Of a stretch of DNA of 64,000 nt, positions 30,069-39,806 are shown piece after piece (position 1 is the first letter of the stretch; each line of letters begins with the position of its first letter). The stretch is from a virus: the IMG/VR virus record IMGVR_UViG_3300021960_009431. The stretch is one strand, 5' to 3'. Both the position numbers and the translations under genes were made by a program. The notes under the pieces were generated by a model. The model was not told the origin of the DNA. It ran no database searches and saw only the letters and a list, made by a program, of their open reading frames with translations.

Positions 30069-30509
30069 ATGAATATTGAAGAGATCATGGATATGTGGAC
30101 TCAAGATGCTAGGATCGATGATGTTGATCTAGATCGTGAAAGTTTAGGAGTACCTAACCTCCATGCCAAGTACTTAAAGGTACTTTATCAACAGAAGCTT
30201 AAGCTTCGTAAATTAAACATTCAGAAAAAAACGTTAGTGAAGGTACTCGGTGAGTACTATAAGGGTGATCTTAATAACCCTGAGGATCTTAAGGACATCC
30301 AGCGAGAACCATGGTCTCGCACCATTCTTAAGGCAGATATAAATAGTTATGTAGATAGTGATGAAGAAATGATTAAACTCCTTACTAAGCTTGCTTATCA
30401 AGAGGAGGTGGTGTTGTTATTGGAAGATATAATGAAGAATATTAATAATAGGACCTTCCATATAAAAAATGCAATCGAGTGGAGAAAGCTTACCAACTTC
30501 GGTATTTAG
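30069..30509 (+). CDS. uvsY: Recombination mediator UvsY
   Basis: PNLHAKYL; NRTFHIKNAIEWRK. Confidence 0.93.
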   Translation: MNIEEIMDMWTQDARIDDVDLDRESLGVPNLHAKYLKVLYQQKLKLRKLNIQKKTLVKVLGEYYKGDLNNPEDLKDIQREPWSRTILKADINSYVDSDEEMIKLLTKLAYQEEVVLLLEDIMKNINNRTFHIKNAIEWRKLTNFGI

Positions 30510-30513
30510 AGAA

Positions 30514-31959
30514 TTGATTACATTATCCAAAGTGAATGAAACATATTTAAGAGTTGAAGGCTCTGGCGGCGTACGACGTGAATTGAATGAATTCTTTTCT
30601 TTCTATGCTCCAGGGTATAAATTTATGCCTGCTTATCGTAACAAATTTTGGGATGGTAAGATAAGGTTATTTGATGGTAATAAAAATACAACATATCTCG
30701 GTCTACTACCTTATATAAAAGCTTTTTGTAAAGATAGAGATTATGATATAGAGTTTGATGAAGAGTTAGAATATTGTAATGAATGCTCTCTTTCTGAAGT
30801 AGATGAATTTGCATCTACATTAAATTTACCTTTCCAGCCTAGAGAATATCAAACAGAAGCGGTTGCTCACTGTATTCGTGAGAATAGAGCAATGATACTA
30901 TCACCTACAGCTTCTGGTAAGTCTCTTATTATATACTTACTTACACAATTTTATCAAGAACATAAAACATTAATTATTGTACCAACTGTATCTCTTGTTA
31001 CACAGATGGCTGGAGACTTTAAAGACTATGGTTATAAAGGTAATTGTAAGTTAATTACAGCTGGTGTTGATAAACATAATATAGACGAACGTATTACTGT
31101 TACTACTTGGCAGTCAATATATAAAATGCCTAAAGCTTGGTTTGATCAATTTGAAGTAGTTGTAGGTGATGAAGCTCATTTATTTAAAGCTAAATCTCTT
31201 ACCTCTATTATGACTAAGCTTACAGACTGTAAATATCGTTTTGGATTTACAGGTACATTAGATGGTACTGAAACTCATAAATTAGTATTAGAAGGTTTAT
31301 TTGGTACTGTAAAAAGCTTTGTAAAAACAAAAGATCTAATTGAATCTGGTACAGTAGCAGATTTAAAAATTAAAATTTTAGTCTTGAAATATGCTGAAGA
31401 AACAGCTAAAATTAATAAAGATAATAAATTTCAAGATGAAATGGATTTTATTGTAAGAAATGAAAAACGTAATAAATTTATTACTAATCTAGCTAAATCA
31501 TTAAACGGTAATACTCTTATACTATTTCAATACGTTGAGAAGCATGGTAAGGAATTATATGCACAGATTGAGAGATCCCTAAATACTAGTAGAAAAGTAT
31601 TTTTTGTTTTTGGTGGTGTTGATGCTGAGACACGAGAAAGTGTTAGACAAATCGCAGAACGTGAAGACGATGCAGTCATTATTGCATCTTATGGAACGTT
31701 TAGTACCGGTGTCAACATTAAAAATTTACACAATGTTATATTTGCGTCCCCGTCCAAATCTCGAATTAGAAATTTACAATCTATTGGTCGAGGCCTCAGA
31801 AAATCCGAAACAAAAGAGGCAATGACATTATATGATATTGCTGATGATTTGCAATATAAGAAAAAAGTAAATTATACTCTCAGACATCTATATGAGAGAG
31901 TAAAAATATATAACGAAGAACAATTCCAATATAAAATTTATAAAATAAAATTGGAGTAG
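30514..31959 (+). CDS. uvsW: RNA-DNA/DNA-DNA helicase UvsW (likely TTG start at 30514)
   Basis: WDGKIRLF; SPTASGKS; GDEAH; QSIGRGLR. Confidence 0.95.
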   Translation: MITLSKVNETYLRVEGSGGVRRELNEFFSFYAPGYKFMPAYRNKFWDGKIRLFDGNKNTTYLGLLPYIKAFCKDRDYDIEFDEELEYCNECSLSEVDEFASTLNLPFQPREYQTEAVAHCIRENRAMILSPTASGKSLIIYLLTQFYQEHKTLIIVPTVSLVTQMAGDFKDYGYKGNCKLITAGVDKHNIDERITVTTWQSIYKMPKAWFDQFEVVVGDEAHLFKAKSLTSIMTKLTDCKYRFGFTGTLDGTETHKLVLEGLFGTVKSFVKTKDLIESGTVADLKIKILVLKYAEETAKINKDNKFQDEMDFIVRNEKRNKFITNLAKSLNGNTLILFQYVEKHGKELYAQIERSLNTSRKVFFVFGGVDAETRESVRQIAEREDDAVIIASYGTFSTGVNIKNLHNVIFASPSKSRIRNLQSIGRGLRKSETKEAMTLYDIADDLQYKKKVNYTLRHLYERVKIYNEEQFQYKIYKIKLE

Positions 31960-31961
31960 AT

Positions 31962-32309
31962 ATGCATCAAGGTCTCAAAGTACTAAAATTAACTTCCGGT
32001 GATACTATCGTAGGTCATTGCACTACAAGAAAATCAAGCTCTATCATACAGGTAAATGATCCTGTACAGTTCACAATGATGTATAGAGGAGATAGTTCAG
32101 GCACATTAGTAGCTCAACAATGGTTAGAAACTGATGAGAAATCTTTTTCTATACATAAAATGCAAATTGTAGCAGTTGCTGAACCTAATGATATGTTAAA
32201 AGAGTATTATTTAAATAGTTTAGAAGATCTATCACAAATATATGAAGAAGATTATGAAGATATAGAAGAACTAGTTAACTTCGATATAGATAAACAAACT
32301 ATTCATTAG
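31962..32309 (+). CDS. Conserved hypothetical protein (Sm-like) upstream of gp55
   Basis: VLKLTSGDTIVG N-terminal pattern; conserved position. Confidence 0.65.
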   Translation: MHQGLKVLKLTSGDTIVGHCTTRKSSSIIQVNDPVQFTMMYRGDSSGTLVAQQWLETDEKSFSIHKMQIVAVAEPNDMLKEYYLNSLEDLSQIYEEDYEDIEELVNFDIDKQTIH

Positions 32310-32338
32310 TTGCATTTTAATAAAAAGTATTATATAAT
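32310..32338 (+). promoter_or_regulatory. Sigma70-type promoter TTGCAT-N17-TATAAT
   Basis: Upstream of gp55. Confidence 0.7.
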
Positions 32339-32366
32339 ATAATTGTATTCTTAACAAGGTATAATA

Positions 32367-32930
32367 ATGGCTAAACGTAAAAGAAATGAATATGTAAATA
32401 ATAAAGATTTTTTAGCAGCATTAATTAAGTACCGTGATGATGTAAGGGAAGCAGAAGCTTCTAATAAATCTAGACCACGCGTCCCTAATTATGTAGGTGA
32501 GTGTATAATGAAAATTGCAACTCATTTAGCACGCAAACCTAACTTTATAAATTATACATTTAAAGATGATATGATATCAGACGGTATTGAAAATTGTTTG
32601 CAGTACATCGATAATTTTAATCCAGATAAATCAAATAACCCGTTTGCTTATTTTACTCAAATTATATGGTTTGCATTTTTACGTAGAATTCAGAAAGAGA
32701 AAAAATTATTATATGTAAAATATAAAATGACTGAAAACGTAAATATGATGGAGATGACGTCAGATCGACAAGGCCATGATATTGGTGGTAACTTTAATGA
32801 TAGTATTAAAATGAGTGAATGGTCAACCGAGTATATGAGTAATTTTATAAATGACTTCGAAGAGACAAAGCGTCGCAAAGTCAATAAACGTGAGCAGAAA
32901 AAAATAGATGAAAATAGCGCTAGTAACTGA
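32367..32930 (+). CDS. gp55: Late transcription sigma factor gp55
   Basis: YVNNKDFL; NFINYTFKDDMISDGIENC; NPFAYFTQI. Confidence 0.96.
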   Translation: MAKRKRNEYVNNKDFLAALIKYRDDVREAEASNKSRPRVPNYVGECIMKIATHLARKPNFINYTFKDDMISDGIENCLQYIDNFNPDKSNNPFAYFTQIIWFAFLRRIQKEKKLLYVKYKMTENVNMMEMTSDRQGHDIGGNFNDSIKMSEWSTEYMSNFINDFEETKRRKVNKREQKKIDENSASN

Positions 32931-33978
32931 TACGCACTTTGGTGCTCGTAATGATAATACAGCGTTTGCAGACTATTTCGGAAAATTTTATACAGATATT
33001 TTCTTTCCATATCTAAAAGAGAATAATATTGATACTATTATTCATCTAGGCGATATCGTAGATAGACGCAAATATATTAATTACCAAACCCAAGCTCATA
33101 TGCAAAAAGCTTTCATTGATCCTGTCATTGAAAACAATTACACTATGCATGTGATTATTGGTAATCATGATACGTATTATAAAAATACTAATGAAATAAA
33201 CTCAATGCAGCAGTTATATGGTACTACTGGGTATGAGAAAATTAAATGGTATGATAATAATCCAGCAGTAATAAATTTTGACGGTTGTGATATTATGCTT
33301 CTACCTTGGTTGTGTAGTAATAATATTGAGCCTTTTATGAAAGAAGTAGATAAAACTACAGCTCAAGTATTATTCGGTCATCTTGAGCTTAAAGGTTTTG
33401 AGATGTATAGAGGTGCAATTAATGATCACGGTTTTGATAGTTCTCTTTTCAATAAGTTTGATATTGTATGCTCTGGACATTTTCACCATAAAAGTACAGT
33501 CGGCAATATTAACTATCTCGGCTCTCCTTACGAAATTACTTGGTCGGACTTTGATGATCCTCGCGGCTTTCATATTTTTGATACTGATAGTAGGGCAATA
33601 GAGTTCGTTAAAAATCCATATACAATGTTTAATAAAATATTCTATGATGATGAAAATCAGACTATGGAATATGTTGTTAATCAAAACTATGAGCGTTTAG
33701 CAAATAGTTATGTTAAAGTGATTATTAAGAATAAAACTAATCCTTATTGGTTTGACATGTTTATGGAGAAGCTTGAAAAAGTAAATCCTATTCATATTCA
33801 AGTTGTAGAAGATCATTTGAATCTCGATCTAGAATCAGATGATGATATTGTAAGTGAAGCAGAAGATACTATGACTATTCTGCACAAGTATATTGATAAT
33901 CTAGAAGTTAATGTAAATAAGACACAACTAGAGACAACAATAAAAGATTTATATTCTGAAGCACTATCGGTGAGTTAA
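32908..33978 (+). CDS. gp47: Recombination endonuclease subunit gp47 (Mre11-like)
   Basis: DTHFG, HLGD, GNHD and SGHFH phosphoesterase motifs. Confidence 0.96.
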   Translation: MKIALVTDTHFGARNDNTAFADYFGKFYTDIFFPYLKENNIDTIIHLGDIVDRRKYINYQTQAHMQKAFIDPVIENNYTMHVIIGNHDTYYKNTNEINSMQQLYGTTGYEKIKWYDNNPAVINFDGCDIMLLPWLCSNNIEPFMKEVDKTTAQVLFGHLELKGFEMYRGAINDHGFDSSLFNKFDIVCSGHFHHKSTVGNINYLGSPYEITWSDFDDPRGFHIFDTDSRAIEFVKNPYTMFNKIFYDDENQTMEYVVNQNYERLANSYVKVIIKNKTNPYWFDMFMEKLEKVNPIHIQVVEDHLNLDLESDDDIVSEAEDTMTILHKYIDNLEVNVNKTQLETTIKDLYSEALSVS

Positions 33979-35693
33979 TGATCTATTTTAAATATCTTCG
34001 TTGGAAGAATTTTCTTTCAACTGGAAATGTATTTACTGAATTAAAATTAGATAAAGCAAAATCTACTCTTGTAGTAGGTGAAAATGGTGCTGGTAAAAGT
34101 ACTATGCTCGACGCTTTGTCCTTTGCTCTGTATGGTAAACCGTTTCGTAAAATTAATAAACCTCAACTTATGAATACTATTAACCAAAAAGGTTTAGAAG
34201 TGCAAGTTGAGTTTCGTGTTGGTAAAAAAGAATATATGATCGTACGAGGTGTCAAACCTAATAAGTTTGAGATTTATGAGAACGATAAAATTATTAATCA
34301 AGATGCAGCAGCTAGAGATTATCAAGAAGTCTTAGAAAAAAATATTCTTAAACTTAATCATAAATCCTTTAGTCAGATTGTTGTACTAGGTAGTAGTACG
34401 TTTGTTCCTTTTATGCAACTTCCTTCAATGCATCGTAGAGAAGTTATTGAAGACTTACTTGATATTCAAATTTTCTCTACGATGAACACTCTTTTAAAAG
34501 ATAAAGTAAATAATAATAAATCTGAAATTCTTGATAACGACTATAATATTAATCTTGCTGAAGAAAAGATTAAAATGCAGCACCAGTATATTAATGAGTT
34601 AAAGCAAAACACTGAGAAGCGCGTTAATGAAGCTAAGGTAAAAGTAGTCAAAGCAGAAAAAGAAAAACAAGAATATAATACGTTAATAGATACTCTTCAA
34701 GATCAAGTTAATATATTACAAGAAAGTATTTCTGATTTTGAAAGCTTAACTAAAAAGAAATCTAAGGTAGAGCAGCTAGAATATAAACTTCAAGAAAAAA
34801 TTAAAAAGCTTGAACATGATATTGAGTTCTATCAAGATCATGATAACTGTCCTGTGTGTAAGCAAGACATCGAAGAAGACTTTAAAGATCAGACGATTGA
34901 AGAAAAAGAAACTTCATTAAATGAGACTGTAAATGGTTTTAATCAGTTAAGAGAAGAATGGCAATCGATTAATAATCGTATACAAGAAATCTCTGAAGTA
35001 CAGTTAGATATTTCGTCTAAGCAGAATGAAATTAGCAGTAACAATTCTCACATCAATGCTTTAAATAAACTTATTGACAGTATTAATGAAGATATTACCA
35101 GTATTGATGATAGCGATAAATCAGATAAGTCAGATAAAAAGAAATTAGAGACATTAGAAAAAGCTTTAGTTAAACTACAATCTTATAAAGAAGAAATAAT
35201 AAATGAGCGATCTGTTTTAGATATTGCATCGATGATTCTTAAAGATTCTGGTATTAAAACTCGTATTATTAAACAATATATTCCAGTAATGAATAAACTT
35301 ATTAATAAGTATCTTGCTGCAATGGATTTCTTTGTTGACTTTCAGCTTGATGAAAACTTTAATGAAACTATAAAGAGTAGGTTCCGAGATGTATTTTCCT
35401 ATGCTTCCTTCTCAGAAGGTGAAAAGATGCGTATTGATCTTGCGTTATTGTTTACTTGGAGAGCTGTATCAAAGTTACGTAACTCAGTAAGTACTAATCT
35501 TCTTATTATGGATGAAGTATTTGACTCATCTTTAGATAATACTGGTACAGAAGAGTTTTTAAAGATACTAAATGACTTGACTTCTGATACAAATGTCTTT
35601 ATAATAAGTCATAAAGGTGATCAACTCTATGATAAATTTCATAGTGTTATTCGTTTTGAGAAGCATAAAAACTTTAGTAGGGTTGCAGCATGA
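33978..35693 (+). CDS. gp46: Recombination endonuclease subunit gp46 (Rad50-like)
   Basis: GENGAGKST; CPVC zinc hook; FSEGEKMR; MDEVFD. Confidence 0.97.
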   Translation: MIYFKYLRWKNFLSTGNVFTELKLDKAKSTLVVGENGAGKSTMLDALSFALYGKPFRKINKPQLMNTINQKGLEVQVEFRVGKKEYMIVRGVKPNKFEIYENDKIINQDAAARDYQEVLEKNILKLNHKSFSQIVVLGSSTFVPFMQLPSMHRREVIEDLLDIQIFSTMNTLLKDKVNNNKSEILDNDYNINLAEEKIKMQHQYINELKQNTEKRVNEAKVKVVKAEKEKQEYNTLIDTLQDQVNILQESISDFESLTKKKSKVEQLEYKLQEKIKKLEHDIEFYQDHDNCPVCKQDIEEDFKDQTIEEKETSLNETVNGFNQLREEWQSINNRIQEISEVQLDISSKQNEISSNNSHINALNKLIDSINEDITSIDDSDKSDKSDKKKLETLEKALVKLQSYKEEIINERSVLDIASMILKDSGIKTRIIKQYIPVMNKLINKYLAAMDFFVDFQLDENFNETIKSRFRDVFSYASFSEGEKMRIDLALLFTWRAVSKLRNSVSTNLLIMDEVFDSSLDNTGTEEFLKILNDLTSDTNVFIISHKGDQLYDKFHSVIRFEKHKNFSRVAA

Positions 35694-36226
35694 TAATGAA
35701 TTTAGTGAAATCAAATGATCCAATATTAAAACAGAAATGTGAAATGTTTGATTTTGATAATCCACCGATGGATCCATTAAAATTAGCGCTTGACTTAAGA
35801 GAGAGTATGATATATCATAAGGGTATTGGTTTATCTGCTTGTCAGGTTGGTATACCATATAGAGTATTTGTTGCTGGTGATCCAGGTGATATTGATAATA
35901 TTAAAGTATTTTTTAATCCGAGAGTAGTTGATGCATCGGATCAAAAAGTTTTGATAGAGGAAGGATGCTTATCTTTCCCTGGTTTGTTTATGAAGGTAAA
36001 ACGTCCAGCCACAGTACGACTTCGATTTGCTGATCCTAGAGGTACAATAGCTACAGAGACATATGAAGGTGTACCAGCACGAGCTATTCTACATGAATAT
36101 GATCATATGGATGGTATATTGTTTCATAATCGTGCTAATTCATATCATAGAGATCAAGCAAAAAAACAGAAAAAAAAGTTAGATAGGCTTCGCGAAGCTA
36201 ATAAAAAGAAGCTAAGTAAAGTATAA
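35690..36226 (+). CDS. def: Peptide deformylase
   Basis: GIGLSACQVG, EEGCLS, HEYDHMDG. Confidence 0.93.
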   Translation: MIMNLVKSNDPILKQKCEMFDFDNPPMDPLKLALDLRESMIYHKGIGLSACQVGIPYRVFVAGDPGDIDNIKVFFNPRVVDASDQKVLIEEGCLSFPGLFMKVKRPATVRLRFADPRGTIATETYEGVPARAILHEYDHMDGILFHNRANSYHRDQAKKQKKKLDRLREANKKKLSKV

Positions 36227-36227
36227 T

Positions 36228-36264
36228 CAGTAGTGCCCTTCCACTGCTTAACTAAAACTAGGAG
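36228..36264 (+). ncRNA. Candidate SD-sequestering pseudoknot (preQ1-I-like) in queE leader
   Basis: Stem AGTAGTG/CACTGCT, loop CCCTTC complementary to SD GGAG, A-rich linker TTAACTAAAACTAG. Confidence 0.45.
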
Positions 36265-36270
36265 TTCTAA

Positions 36271-37212
36271 ATGTCCCCGAAAGAATATACGTATTCTGAG
36301 ATCTTTCATTCTATTCAAGGTGAAGGTCATTATACCGGTGTTCCAACTGCATGGATAAGATTTTTCTTATGTAATTTACAGTGCGATGGATTCGGTCAAG
36401 ATCATCCAACTAAACCAGAAACCTGGGATCTACCATATAAAGATTTTGATTCTCACTCTGTAACAAGAGTAGAGGATTTACCGGTATGGTCAAAGGGTTG
36501 TGATTCTTCTTATACCTGGTCTAAAAAGTTTAGACATTTAATGGGTAAAGCTACAGGAGCTGAACTAGCTCAAAAGCTAGTCAATATTATGAAGAATGAG
36601 CATAACCCTGAAGGTTGGTTCTTACACCCGTTATCTAAACAGCATAACCATTTATGTATTACAGGTGGTGAACCTCTAATGCGTCATGCTCAATTGGCGT
36701 TTATAGACATATATAAAACTTTAGAAGAAATGCCAGGTGGTCCATTACCTGATACTCATTTTTACTCTCCTAATAATTTACCTGCAAGTATAACTTGGGA
36801 AACTAATGGTACTCAACCATTAACAGAAGATTTCAAAAATCTTGTAGATAGTCCTTTATTTAGACCTGAAGCTTTCTTTTCCGTATCTCCTAAACTCTGG
36901 ACTGTAGCAGGAGAACAACGAAAGAAAGCAATTAAACCTGAAACTGTAAAAGAATATTATGATATTTCTAAAAACGGTCAGCTTAAATTTGTAGTAGGTC
37001 AAACTAAAGAAGAGTGGGAAGAGTTAGACGAAGTAGTTAATTTGTTTAGAGACGCAGGAGTTAAATATCCTGTATGGATCATGCCTGTAGGAGCAAGATC
37101 AGAAGAGCAAGAAGCCACTGCTGGTGATGTAGCTAAAATGGCATTCGAAAGAGGTTATAATGTCTCTGGAAGAATGCATGTTTATTTATTTGGAAACGCA
37201 ATAGGAACATAA
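36271..37212 (+). CDS. queE: 7-carboxy-7-deazaguanine synthase (radical SAM)
   Basis: EIFHSIQGEG; CNLQC...GCDS; ITGGEPL; ETNGT; SVSPKL. Confidence 0.92.
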   Translation: MSPKEYTYSEIFHSIQGEGHYTGVPTAWIRFFLCNLQCDGFGQDHPTKPETWDLPYKDFDSHSVTRVEDLPVWSKGCDSSYTWSKKFRHLMGKATGAELAQKLVNIMKNEHNPEGWFLHPLSKQHNHLCITGGEPLMRHAQLAFIDIYKTLEEMPGGPLPDTHFYSPNNLPASITWETNGTQPLTEDFKNLVDSPLFRPEAFFSVSPKLWTVAGEQRKKAIKPETVKEYYDISKNGQLKFVVGQTKEEWEELDEVVNLFRDAGVKYPVWIMPVGARSEEQEATAGDVAKMAFERGYNVSGRMHVYLFGNAIGT

Positions 37213-37213
37213 C

Positions 37214-37657
37214 ATGGCATATTATAGTACAAAAACTTACGGACATAATATCGGGCTTTCTGCTGTCTTTAGACAACCTAAAGCTCATTCTCATTGTAAA
37301 TTTTTACATGGGTATAGCTTAGCATTTAAGTTTACTTTTGGTGCTAGTAATTTAGACGAAAGAAACTGGGTAGTAGATTTTGGAGGTTTAAAAACTCTAA
37401 AAAAATGGCTAGAAGACAGCTTTGATCATAAACTAGTATTAGATAGAGATGATCCAATGATGTATAAGTTTGCTGAATTAGAAAATGCTGGTCTAGCTGA
37501 GATTACTGTTTTAGATGGTGTGGGTGTAGAAAGGTTTGCTGAGCATGCATGGAAGTTTGCAGACGATCTTGTAACAGAAGCTTCCGATGGTAGATGTTGG
37601 TGTGAGTCAGTAGAATGTTCAGAACATGGCGCTAATAGTGGAATATATAGGAGATAA
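37214..37657 (+). CDS. queD: 6-carboxy-5,6,7,8-tetrahydropterin synthase
   Basis: HC..LHGY; WVVDFG; FDH; C-terminal E..NS. Confidence 0.9.
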   Translation: MAYYSTKTYGHNIGLSAVFRQPKAHSHCKFLHGYSLAFKFTFGASNLDERNWVVDFGGLKTLKKWLEDSFDHKLVLDRDDPMMYKFAELENAGLAEITVLDGVGVERFAEHAWKFADDLVTEASDGRCWCESVECSEHGANSGIYRR

Positions 37658-37659
37658 AA

Positions 37660-38343
37660 ATGAAGCACAGCGAAGTTATTAAACAACGTATTGAAGAAGC
37701 TGGTATTAGATATTGGGCTGGTGATAACATTAGTGATGTATTACAAGATGGTGATAAAGAATTAATTATTGAAGAAGCTACAAAAGCTTTCGAAAATGTG
37801 CTTGACTCTTTACTAATAGATCGTTATAATGATCCTAATAGTATGGATACAGGTAGACGGTTAGCTAAGATGTATGTAAATGAAGTCATGAGCGGAAGAT
37901 ATAATATAATGCCTAAAGTATCAGCTTTTCCTAATGAAGGAGAAGATCGATATACAGGTATGCTAGTTATACGTTCTGAAGTAAAAAGTATGTGTTCTCA
38001 CCATCATCAACCAGTTACAGGGGTTGCTTATATTGGTGTTATACCTGGTCAAAAAGTAATAGGACTTTCTAAGTATACTCGTATTGCTCAATGGTGTGCA
38101 CGTAGAGGTACATTGCAGGAAGAACTATGTAATGACATTGCTCGTGAGATCCGTAAAGCTACTGACAGTGAAGATGTAGCTGTTTATGTACAAGCTACTC
38201 ACGGGTGCTGTGAGAATAGAGGTATTATGGCTCATAGTTCTCTAACTCAAACTACTGTATTACATGGAGAATTTAATAACGGAGATGTTAAAAAAGAGTT
38301 TTTTGATAATATAAAATTACAGCAGGAGTTTGCTCCAAGATGA
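37660..38343 (+). CDS. folE: GTP cyclohydrolase I
   Basis: SMCSHH; IGLSK..R; LQEEL; HGCCENRG. Confidence 0.95.
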   Translation: MKHSEVIKQRIEEAGIRYWAGDNISDVLQDGDKELIIEEATKAFENVLDSLLIDRYNDPNSMDTGRRLAKMYVNEVMSGRYNIMPKVSAFPNEGEDRYTGMLVIRSEVKSMCSHHHQPVTGVAYIGVIPGQKVIGLSKYTRIAQWCARRGTLQEELCNDIAREIRKATDSEDVAVYVQATHGCCENRGIMAHSSLTQTTVLHGEFNNGDVKKEFFDNIKLQQEFAPR

Positions 38344-38501
38344 ATCATATGAATGTATCTTTTGTAAAAAGTGGTATACGAATAGGAGCTTGTATTTTAG
38401 GAATAACACTTCAAAGTATAACAGCGTTATGTTTTTTCTTGCTATTTGCCGAAATATTAGGTATAATAGAAGAAGTTGTAGATAAACGTGAGGAGAAATA
38501 A
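38340..38501 (+). CDS. 53-aa membrane protein (not in ORF track)
   Basis: MNHMNVSFVKSGIRIGACILG...FFLLFAEILGIIEEVVDKREEK; ATGA overlap with folE and TAATG overlap with the next gene. Confidence 0.7.
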   Translation: MNHMNVSFVKSGIRIGACILGITLQSITALCFFLLFAEILGIIEEVVDKREEK

Positions 38502-39283
38502 TGAAAATAGCGCATGAAGCTCCATTAAGTATCTTTGATCAAGTACAGGAGTTAACTGATTATGATTATGCTCTTGTACATCTATTTGAAGAGAATGATG
38601 ATTATTTTAATAAATTTATAGAAGCAAGAGATAAAGGTAGAGAGATCATTCTTGATAATTCTATCTTTGAACTCGGTACAGCATGGGATAGTGATAGATT
38701 TGCTTACTGGGTAGAGAAACTAAAACCTGATTGGTATATTGTACCTGATGTATTAGATAATAAAGACGCTACAATTGATAGCTTTGATGCGTTCATAGAA
38801 AAGTATCCTAACTTACCTGGAAAACGTATTGCTGTCGCTCAAGGTACTACTTATGAAGAGTTAGTTGATTGCTACGAATATCTTGCATATCATAATAAAG
38901 TAGATAAGATTGGTTTATCATTTAACCATCCGTTTTTTCAAGAATTAAATTTGCATAACAAATACTTTAATATGATGTTTGGAAGACAGATGACTCTAAC
39001 ATCAATGCTAGAAGATAAAATTATTAATAAAGATAAACCGCATCATCTATTAGGATGTGGTCTACCTCAGGAGTTTAGAGACTATGTAGACTATAAATGG
39101 ATTGATTCTATTGATACATCTAATCCTGTTATGCACGGTATTAAAAATGTACGTTACTTAGAGCATGGTTTAGAAGATAAAGAATCAGTAAAAATGTTTA
39201 CTATAATGGACGATAATGTTCTTGCATCTTGGGACGATATAGCTTATAATATAGAGAAGTTTAGAGGTTTCTGTAGTGGATAG
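38501..39283 (+). CDS. dpdA: TGT/DpdA-family 7-deazaguanine transglycosylase (DpdA3-like)
   Basis: TIM-barrel TGT-like motifs ILDNS.FE, IVPDVL, VAQG, HHLLG, SIDTS; embedded in the que cluster. Confidence 0.75.
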   Translation: MKIAHEAPLSIFDQVQELTDYDYALVHLFEENDDYFNKFIEARDKGREIILDNSIFELGTAWDSDRFAYWVEKLKPDWYIVPDVLDNKDATIDSFDAFIEKYPNLPGKRIAVAQGTTYEELVDCYEYLAYHNKVDKIGLSFNHPFFQELNLHNKYFNMMFGRQMTLTSMLEDKIINKDKPHHLLGCGLPQEFRDYVDYKWIDSIDTSNPVMHGIKNVRYLEHGLEDKESVKMFTIMDDNVLASWDDIAYNIEKFRGFCSG

Positions 39284-39806
39284 ATGGATTGCTTTATTTT
39301 CTCAAACTGGTTCTGAAATAGTAGATATAGCAAATCAGCTGGGAGTTTGGCCAGATCGTATTTTTACTGATAATAAAAATATAGAAGATATAAACGTTAA
39401 GCTTAAAAATAAAATAGTGGTAATGTCTCATAATGGTATAGAAGAGACACTACAATATACAAGTGATATGACAGGTAATACTTTAGTTACTCTTCATGGT
39501 TATCTACGTATATTAAGTCCTAAAACATGTAATGTAGGTCTATCAATTTATAACGGTCATCCAGCTTATATCTCTAAACATCCAGAACTTAAAGGAAAAG
39601 ATCCTCAAGAGATGATTTGGAGTGATAGAGATAATTATGATTTTATTGGCTCTACGGTTCATAGAGTGATTGCTGACGTAGATGCTGGAGCTATTGAAGA
39701 AGAAAGTATAAGGAAAAATACTTGCAATTCTAAAGAAGAGCTGTATAATACATTAAGAAAAACATCTTTAGATGCTTGGATTAATTTTTTAAAGGATAAA
39801 TTATGA
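39276..39806 (+). CDS. dpdN: PurN-like formyltransferase (DpdN-like preQ1 formyltransferase)
   Basis: LFSQTGS, LHGYLRIL, IYNGHPA, KGKDP, GSTVHRV..VDAG; adjacent to the dpdA-like gene. Confidence 0.75.
   Translation: MDRWIALFSQTGSEIVDIANQLGVWPDRIFTDNKNIEDINVKLKNKIVVMSHNGIEETLQYTSDMTGNTLVTLHGYLRILSPKTCNVGLSIYNGHPAYISKHPELKGKDPQEMIWSDRDNYDFIGSTVHRVIADVDAGAIEEESIRKNTCNSKEELYNTLRKTSLDAWINFLKDKL

Noticed and set aside
30469-30513. N-terminal extension of UvsW
   Set aside because: Overlaps uvsY by 41 nt and looks non-homologous; TTG at 30514 fits better.
35690-36226. Peptide deformylase as functional partner of the formyltransferase
   Set aside because: Canonical Def motifs; def next to gp46 is a common auxiliary gene in marine T4-like phages, so adjacency is weak evidence.
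36227-36270. SAM-II/SAM-V riboswitch before radical-SAM queE
   Set aside because: Only the ACTAAAA tail resembles these classes; the conserved 5' U-rich core is absent and the element is too short.
39722-39749. Internal promoter TTGCAA...TATAAT within the formyltransferase gene
   Set aside because: The spacer is 16 nt, unlike the 17-nt class; plausible by chance in AT-rich coding DNA.
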